Below are positions 57,699-64,000 of a stretch of DNA of 64,000 bases, in pieces. The translations under genes were made by a program, and so were the position numbers. A model generated the notes under the pieces. The model was not told the DNA's origin. It saw only the letters and a program-made list of their open reading frames with translations, and did no database searches. How positions within the stretch are numbered: the stretch's first letter is position 1; every line of letters begins with the position of its first letter. Origin of the DNA: a virus; IMG/VR virus record IMGVR_UViG_3300017989_005288; one strand, written 5' to 3'.

Positions 57699-58622
57699 TT
57701 ATGCTCTTTTTGCTAAAATATAGTTGATTACTGGCTTTCGTACCTTCCTCTTTTTTGCAGCCTTTTCAAGCATATCAAAAATATCCTCTGAGGTAGCCTC
57801 CAACTCACGAATGCTCTGAACAAATTCGCTTGTGTCAACCATTTCTGGTCGCTCTCGAATCTCTTCAAGCAATGTTTTTGCGAACACTTCATCGCCCGAT
57901 CTCACATTGTTCAGTTGGATTTCCTCAACCTCAACTCGCTTACCCAAATTAACTTCTACAACACCAACTCTAACTACCCTGGTTTTTTCATTGATTGCTT
58001 GTCTTGCCAAAGCCCCTGGCGACCAAACCAACGTCTCATTCTCATCATAGTATGGCCGCATTCCAAAATGAAAGTCACCAAAAATTACAGCGCTATATTT
58101 GCATGGTAAAAAATCCTCAAGCAGATATGTCTCAAAAGGCACCGTATTGCGAGTAATCAGGTGATGTGCTACAAGAATGGATTTCTTTTTGCGTGTAATC
58201 GGTTTTTGAAATGCTGGAAGAAATTCATCATAGCAATGACAAGGATACAAAACAACGTCATCAAATTCCTTCGGTTCCCACATTGTTTCAAACCGTGGAC
58301 AATGACGTTCCATGAAATTCAGTGTTGATGAACGATAGCTATCAGGGTTATATCCAACTGTATCATGCTGACCAACAATCGCATAAGTAGTCAAACGACT
58401 GCTGCAAATAATATCCATAACCGAATTGATTATCTCGTAATTGAAAATCCGATGACTATTGAAAAAGTCACCCATAAACACAACAAAATCAACCCCTTTT
58501 TCGATAGCCAAACGATATGTCTCTTCAAGCTTAACCAAAAGACTTTCCGAAAAATTGTCTATTCGATGTTCAGGTCTTTGGCCTGACATCTGCAAATCGG
58601 AATAAGCCAGAAATCTTGACAT
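57699..58622 (-). CDS. SbcD/Mre11-like metallophosphoesterase
   Basis: SDLQ, GDFF, GQHD, AHH, GDFH, PGAL.R. Confidence 0.85.
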   Translation of the reverse strand: MSRFLAYSDLQMSGQRPEHRIDNFSESLLVKLEETYRLAIEKGVDFVVFMGDFFNSHRIFNYEIINSVMDIICSSRLTTYAIVGQHDTVGYNPDSYRSSTLNFMERHCPRFETMWEPKEFDDVVLYPCHCYDEFLPAFQKPITRKKKSILVAHHLITRNTVPFETYLLEDFLPCKYSAVIFGDFHFGMRPYYDENETLVWSPGALARQAINEKTRVVRVGVVEVNLGKRVEVEEIQLNNVRSGDEVFAKTLLEEIRERPEMVDTSEFVQSIRELEATSEDIFDMLEKAAKKRKVRKPVINYILAKRA

Positions 58623-58660
58623 CTTGTTAGATTATATGGTCACTTCACACAATTTTTGAC

Positions 58661-58693
58661 AAAAAAAGAAAGACGCCAAAAAGACGTCTTTCT
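58661..58693 (-). terminator. rho-independent terminator
   Basis: AGAAAGACGTC-TTTTT-GGCGTCTTTCT stem followed by a T run on the minus strand. Confidence 0.8.
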
Positions 58694-58716
58694 CTAAGCA
58701 AAGCAACCAATTGGAC

Positions 58717-59136
58717 TCAAATGTAGATTCGTTCACACCCTGTTTTGCGTTCTTGCTCACCATTATTGTCTTGAGTTGCGGTATCTGTAAACGTATAAGT
58801 TCCTGAATATCCTGGCCCAGTTTCGCTTCTCACATGAACTCCCAATACTTGCGGAGCAGGAATTGTTTGGTCACAAATAGTATTTCTACCTGTTAGGCGA
58901 ACCCTTACATGATGCAAACCATGCTGTAGCCCAGCGTTGTCAACAATAGCTATGCCTGTCTTAATTGGAAACTCAAGAGGCCAATTTTGAGCAAGTTTCT
59001 GCGACTCATTGATTGTTGCAGGAGCAGCTTCTCCAGGAGTAAACCACTCCCTATTCGCTTGCGCTGCTGCATCTTGTAGAAAATATTCCTTGTCGTCCAA
59101 AATAGTCTCGATACGCTCATTATCAGCCATGATCAA
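58717..59136 (-). CDS. hypothetical protein
   Basis: Last gene before the terminator. Confidence 0.65.
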   Translation of the reverse strand: MIMADNERIETILDDKEYFLQDAAAQANREWFTPGEAAPATINESQKLAQNWPLEFPIKTGIAIVDNAGLQHGLHHVRVRLTGRNTICDQTIPAPQVLGVHVRSETGPGYSGTYTFTDTATQDNNGEQERKTGCERIYI

Positions 59137-60092
59137 CCTCCCGGTTTGATGTTGCTAATCGTGTAAGGCTCACCCAACTTGTCTTGAGAACCATATCCGC
59201 CATGCTCTTTACGAAAGAATGCTCCACGCTTTACATAGGGTTTTGCTTTTTCCACAATGCTCTCAAATTGCTCAGGATTCAACTGTTGAAATGCCTTAGC
59301 AATTGCAACATTTTCTTCAAGTTGAGGCACATTATCATGTCCAACAATCACTGTACTCACTGGACAAGACATTGCAAGTGTAAGTGGTTCCCAAGCAGTT
59401 GTAATACCTTTCGGATGAAAAATATGTCCTTGTGCAAAAGCTTTCATTCCTACAACACCCATGTCACGATCCATTGCAGAAGCCATTACTGAATAGAATG
59501 ACTTGTCCATCGCAATATCAGCCGAATTTGCTGGACACAACACCGTATCGAAATCAAATCGATTCATCATCTCCATAAGTACATCGGGAGACTCATGCCC
59601 AGTAAATCCGAGATAACGAACTATGCCTTGGTCCCGCATTTCAACCAAAGCCTGCAAAGCTCCACCTGGCTTTACAACCTCGTCTATCTCATCAACATTA
59701 GTAAGACTATGAATCTGCCATAAATCAACATAATCCGTTTTCAACCTCTTCAATGATTTTTCAAGTAACGCAAGAGACTTATCACGACTGCGCTCATGCG
59801 TTTTTGTAGCCAAAAAAATCTCATCGCGAAACGCAGGAATTACATCTCCGTACAAATCCTCTGATGGGCCATAAACTGGAGAAGTATCAAAATAGTTGAT
59901 ACCCAACTCATATGCACGCCGAATAATATCACGACAATTTTCTGGATTACCACGTCTTTCCAGTGCACCTTGGCCACCAAGTGAAAAGATGCAAACATCA
60001 AAACCTGTTTTACCAAGTGGCCTTTTTGAGATTGTAGCATTGCTAAGCAGCAACTTAGCAATTTCTTTTATTTCGCGTGCAACATACTTCAT
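59133..60092 (-). CDS. aldo/keto reductase with phage-type N-terminal leader
   Basis: RPLGKTG, GINYFDTSPVYG, LATK, SL.RLKTDYVDLWQIH, GMK. Confidence 0.9.
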   Translation of the reverse strand: MKYVAREIKEIAKLLLSNATISKRPLGKTGFDVCIFSLGGQGALERRGNPENCRDIIRRAYELGINYFDTSPVYGPSEDLYGDVIPAFRDEIFLATKTHERSRDKSLALLEKSLKRLKTDYVDLWQIHSLTNVDEIDEVVKPGGALQALVEMRDQGIVRYLGFTGHESPDVLMEMMNRFDFDTVLCPANSADIAMDKSFYSVMASAMDRDMGVVGMKAFAQGHIFHPKGITTAWEPLTLAMSCPVSTVIVGHDNVPQLEENVAIAKAFQQLNPEQFESIVEKAKPYVKRGAFFRKEHGGYGSQDKLGEPYTISNIKPGG

Positions 60093-61465
60093 CGTCTTGG
60101 AGTGCCTTTTCCCCCAATTCGAGCAATTTCATCCATCCTTGATTCAGGAACACCTAATTCGCCCAAAACTGTATACACAACCAAGTCGGGTTGATTTTCT
60201 GCGCTATCCAGCTCTTTATCCAACTTATAAAGCCCACGATGAACAACACTATTCGACTTCATAACACGGCTAAGCATTTCGTAGCCATGTTCGAGATTTT
60301 CTTGTGGAATCACATCAAGAACCTTTGACTTTCCAATCACTACACAAGCTGCTATAGAAGCAATGTTCAAATCCAATTCCGCAACCAATATGTTCCTACG
60401 CAAATTGTCACGAATAGCATAGCTAATATCCGTAGCACTATCCCATTTTATCAATGGTGTTGCTCCAAAAGTAATCACACCGCTGGTAAGAACTCCTGCC
60501 AAATCAGACCTGTCAAACGTAGTTATCGCATTCTCGCCTCTTGTAGCAGCAATATTGTTAAACAGGTGAAACAAACCACTAATGCTTTGATTAGCCACAC
60601 CCCAAAACTGCGTCACAGGCAAACCTGGGTATAGCTTGCTGATACGGTCATTGTCAACGATAATCAAAGGCGAAATGCTTCGGCCCGCTATTTTGCCTTT
60701 GTCCCTTCCTACTTTCCCAAAAAGCATAGTCAAAACGTTGTGCGCGTTATAGTTGACCTTTTGTCCTTCGCCAGATTGAGGCATAGATACCAGTACACCA
60801 ACAACAGGAGGTTGACCAGGACCACCCTCAAGCTTGAAAGATTCAGCAATATCATGACTGATATCAACAAGCGTCTCTACAGAACCACTGCCTGTTCCTC
60901 CTCCAGCTCCAATGCAAATCAAAATACGCTCCCAATCTTTCCCAAAGCTCCTTTTCATCAAATCGTAGACGTCTTCATAATACTGTTTGACTGCCTGCTT
61001 TCCTTTTTCCGGTTCTTTTCCTGCACCACCTTCACCAATATCCATCACCAGCTTATTCTCTTCTGGAATGTTGATTGCTGTTAAATCCTGACTATTTGTG
61101 TTAATCGCACAAACACGCCGATAGCCTAACTTGTAAAAAGTTTCTACCATTCGTGCGCCAGCTTGACCTGCTCCAATAAACGCAAATTTGAATGCTACAT
61201 CGCACTCATCATGGACAACTTCTCTTTCCTCCACATCAGCAGGCATCGGAATGTTTGGAACAACAAATCCACTCTGGTTTTCCATGGGAGTTTCTCCTTT
61301 AGGTTTATCTTCTCCGGTATCCATACCGGCACTCAAAGCATTCACATCCAAGTCCAACTTCTTTTTCCCCATAACTCTTTCTCCCGTGCTTCGCTCGACG
61401 TCATCATCAATCACTATTTCAACTTTATTGCCAACCCTCCGAAGCATGAACCTTTTCAGTTGCAC
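60089..61465 (-). CDS. tubulin/FtsZ-superfamily GTPase
   Basis: IGAGQAGAR, AINTN, GEGGAGK, signature GAGGGTGSG, DND, FDRSD. Confidence 0.88.
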   Translation of the reverse strand: MQLKRFMLRRVGNKVEIVIDDDVERSTGERVMGKKKLDLDVNALSAGMDTGEDKPKGETPMENQSGFVVPNIPMPADVEEREVVHDECDVAFKFAFIGAGQAGARMVETFYKLGYRRVCAINTNSQDLTAINIPEENKLVMDIGEGGAGKEPEKGKQAVKQYYEDVYDLMKRSFGKDWERILICIGAGGGTGSGSVETLVDISHDIAESFKLEGGPGQPPVVGVLVSMPQSGEGQKVNYNAHNVLTMLFGKVGRDKGKIAGRSISPLIIVDNDRISKLYPGLPVTQFWGVANQSISGLFHLFNNIAATRGENAITTFDRSDLAGVLTSGVITFGATPLIKWDSATDISYAIRDNLRRNILVAELDLNIASIAACVVIGKSKVLDVIPQENLEHGYEMLSRVMKSNSVVHRGLYKLDKELDSAENQPDLVVYTVLGELGVPESRMDEIARIGGKGTPRR

Positions 61466-62265
61466 TACTTTGTCTTCTTTGGCCCCTTACGCCACTTAGT
61501 GGTCCCCTCCACATAATCCTTCAATGAAGCACAAAAAGCCGCTGGATCGGTTACTTTACCAGCCATATCTTTCATGCACTTTGTGGCTTTATGCTTGGCA
61601 TCGCCAGTAAGAGTAGCCCAATACTTCAATGCGCTTTCACGTGTCCAACCACGAGGAAGTTTCTCCCAAGCTGCACGCCGAGAAGGACCACGCCAATAAG
61701 TAGTTCCTTCGATCATATCACGCAATGAAGCACAAAAAGCTGCCGGGTCAGTTACTTTACCAGCCATATCTTTCATGCACTTTGTAACCTTATGTTTAGC
61801 ATCACCAGTAAGAGTAGCCCAATAGCTTTTGACGCTTTCCATCGTCCAACCGCGAGGCAAATCTTTCCAACCCAATGCTGTTCTTGATCTAACTCGATCT
61901 AACACGGCACGAACCTGCCATGGTTCAAGACCCGTCATCTCACAAACATGAGTTCCCAAACTTGCCTTTTTCAAACCAGAGCTATGCCAATTCTTACGTA
62001 ATTCAGTTACTGCCTTCTTGATTTTTTGAGTCCACTCCTTCAAATCACGAGGTGTGTAATCAGCCGCTGCCTTTTGCATGATTGTGTCTCGCACAGCAGA
62101 CAACTTAACTGACTTAACATGCAATTCACGCATTTTGGCAGCGCAAGGAGCACAAATTTCTTCCATTTCGTTCGCTGTAATCATGCTATCAGGAAAATCT
62201 TGCACTAATTGATCGATAGCAATTCTCATAATCATTTGCTCAGCTGCGACCCTTTTTAATGACAT
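61465..62265 (-). CDS. hypothetical protein with two 67-aa repeats
   Basis: Likely start MSLKRVAAE (GGAGGA RBS); duplicated W..LPRGWT.ES...YWATLTGDAKHK.TKCMKDMAGKVTDPAAFCASL. Confidence 0.75.
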   Translation of the reverse strand: MSLKRVAAEQMIMRIAIDQLVQDFPDSMITANEMEEICAPCAAKMRELHVKSVKLSAVRDTIMQKAAADYTPRDLKEWTQKIKKAVTELRKNWHSSGLKKASLGTHVCEMTGLEPWQVRAVLDRVRSRTALGWKDLPRGWTMESVKSYWATLTGDAKHKVTKCMKDMAGKVTDPAAFCASLRDMIEGTTYWRGPSRRAAWEKLPRGWTRESALKYWATLTGDAKHKATKCMKDMAGKVTDPAAFCASLKDYVEGTTKWRKGPKKTK

Positions 62266-62377
62266 TTTCTTATCCTCCTTATCCTCTTCTTTGTCATCGC
62301 GCAATCCGTAATCATGTCGCCTACGGAGTGGTTGAATTGGCATAACAACTTGTCCTATAATGTTTTATGTTAAACTC

Positions 62378-62402
62378 CTTGGAGGAATTGCTTTCCTCCA
62401 AG
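62378..62402. other. perfect 10-bp inverted repeat
   Basis: CTTGGAGGAA-TTGCT-TTCCTCCAAG. Confidence 0.7.
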
Positions 62403-62455
62403 AAAATCAGCTCTTTCGTATAAAGCCAAATATAAAAAAATTATGGCATGAAAAC

Positions 62456-63007
62456 CTAAGAAATGTACTCAAAAACAGCTGGCAAACGAGAATCGCCTGT
62501 CGTCTCTATCACCTTAAATGGCAATCCCCATTCGCGCAGCACACCCAGCATGAGACTATGAACACAAAACTGATACCAAGGATTGACTGTTCTAACCTGA
62601 TTGCTCTCCAAAGGAACAAGTCCCCACGGGCAAAAAATAAGATGTGTGTAAGTTTTTGCATGAGAACGACATGCAGCAACAACAGCATTAACCTTGTCTG
62701 GGTGGTGGTGTAGCTCAGCAATTGCATAGGCTGCTAAATCAATACTGGTACGGTCTGTCACGAACGACTCATGCTTTTTTTGTACCTCAACCGTTCGTTT
62801 CAATATCTCATCTTGGCACTCTTCTAATGCTAAAAACTTTTCAACATACACTCCACCAGCCCAATCGTACTTTCTCTGATTCAGTATTGGACGAGTAATG
62901 TCTTTCGCGGGCAAAAAAGGAATTTCAAGCTTAGCAGCAATATCACGACCTAAACCGCTTTTCCCTGTACCCGCAGACCCTACAATCCCCACACGCAATT
63001 TCTTCAT
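62456..63007 (-). CDS. P-loop nucleotide-kinase-like ATPase (AAA_28-like)
   Basis: GSAGTGKS and TDRT..D. Confidence 0.75.
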   Translation of the reverse strand: MKKLRVGIVGSAGTGKSGLGRDIAAKLEIPFLPAKDITRPILNQRKYDWAGGVYVEKFLALEECQDEILKRTVEVQKKHESFVTDRTSIDLAAYAIAELHHHPDKVNAVVAACRSHAKTYTHLIFCPWGLVPLESNQVRTVNPWYQFCVHSLMLGVLREWGLPFKVIETTGDSRLPAVFEYIS

Positions 63008-63876
63008 ACAAGTCTCCACGCATCCATTTTCAAACTCTCAAATCGGAGTCTTGAAAACCACTCCAATAGAGGTCCTTTCTCACGAGGTCTACAGCGAAAC
63101 GCTGGCAAATTATCAATCTCATCCATCTTCTTCAACGACTTAGCTAAACGCAGCCGTGGTTCATTGTCAAGAACAGCTTGCTCTTTTTTGCCACGTTTCT
63201 TCTTTTCTGCTAACCCTTTCAAAACTCCATCAATATCCCCAAACTGCTTGACAAACTTTGTTGCCCACTTTTCTCCAATGCCAGGCACTCCATGAATGTT
63301 ATCAGATGAATCACCCATCAATGCTCCACAATCTACCCACAGTTTTGGGTCAAACCCGTAAGTATCCACAAAAGATTCTTTCGTCCAATAGTTGTTCTTC
63401 ATAGCATCGAATATGATAACACTGTCACTAAGCAATTGATAAAAATCCTGATCTGACGTAACAATTACTGTCTCCCCGCCATTGTTTTGCTGAGCATATG
63501 TATTGATAATATCGTCTGCCTCAACTCCATCAACCCGAACTTGCAAAACCCTAACCAGTTTCAAGGCTTCTTTCAGCAAAGGCATTTGCTTAAACAAATC
63601 TTCAACTTCGGGAGGTGGTTCTTCTTCACGATTTTCTTTATATCCTGATGGAATAATTCCCTCATTCACAGCTTTCTTTGACTCAGCTTCCCGACGTTTA
63701 TAACCTCCGTCCCATACCACAACGCATAAGTGTGCAGGAAACTTCTTTTTGAATGAGACAAGACTACGAAAAAATCCATACAACAAAGAAACCGGCATAT
63801 CATCACAAGTCAAATGCTTGTGTGTCCAATGAACTCTATGGGCAAGATTATTTCCGTCAATAAGCAAAACCTTCAT
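63004..63876 (-). CDS. 5'-3' exonuclease/flap endonuclease
   Basis: LIDGNN, VVWDG, EADD, SDQDFYQL, GDSSDNI.GV.GIGEK.A. Confidence 0.92.
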   Translation of the reverse strand: MKVLLIDGNNLAHRVHWTHKHLTCDDMPVSLLYGFFRSLVSFKKKFPAHLCVVVWDGGYKRREAESKKAVNEGIIPSGYKENREEEPPPEVEDLFKQMPLLKEALKLVRVLQVRVDGVEADDIINTYAQQNNGGETVIVTSDQDFYQLLSDSVIIFDAMKNNYWTKESFVDTYGFDPKLWVDCGALMGDSSDNIHGVPGIGEKWATKFVKQFGDIDGVLKGLAEKKKRGKKEQAVLDNEPRLRLAKSLKKMDEIDNLPAFRCRPREKGPLLEWFSRLRFESLKMDAWRLV

Positions 63877-64000
63877 TTAATCTCCTCGACAGTTACCTCT
63901 TCTTCTTCGGTACTCTCATCAAGTATATTCGTGTCAAGTTCGGGAAGTTCTTGCTTTGCCTTTCCCACCACTGGTTTAGTTATCTTTCCATCGTCTTGCT
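63873..64000 (-). CDS. C-terminal acidic tail of a truncated gene
   Basis: Hand translation ...ELDTNILDESTEEEEVTVEEIK*; ATGA overlap. Confidence 0.6.
   Translation of the reverse strand, partial: QDDGKITKPVVGKAKQELPELDTNILDESTEEEEVTVEEIK

Noticed and set aside
60089-61465. Claim of a nucleus-forming (chimallin) phage
   Set aside because: No chimallin or multisubunit RNA polymerase is visible in this window; a tubulin alone is insufficient.

Overview
A 64-kb segment that looks like part of a large (jumbo-type) dsDNA bacteriophage genome. It is AT-rich and densely coding, with essentially all genes on the minus strand, tightly coupled (many ATGA/TAATG overlaps) and in the standard genetic code. 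From right to left in transcription order: (1) a 5'-3' exonuclease and a nucleotide-kinase-like ATPase; (2) a terminator-bounded operon with a repeat protein, a tubulin/FtsZ-family GTPase and an aldo-keto reductase; (3) a replication/recombination block containing an SbcD-like nuclease, a ParB-like protein, a MerR HTH, DnaE fractured into two genes by a naturally split intein with a free-standing Vsr/DUF559-type endonuclease between the halves, GyrB/GyrA, NAD-dependent ligase, an SbcC N-terminal half and a RuvC-like resolvase; (4) an intein-containing RmlB; (5) a ~14-kb glycosyltransferase/methyltransferase/radical-SAM cluster, with RmlA further along; (6) an operon with a radical SAM/SPASM enzyme, an SF2 helicase carrying eight variable C-terminal repeats, and eight small proteins sharing an N-terminal MKxRxGFVSNSSSxxF motif. 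A Minf_1886-family gene points to a Planctomycetes/Verrucomicrobia host. No tRNA, rRNA, CRISPR array or virion structural gene was recognised. All family assignments come from motif recognition by eye; no database searches were run.
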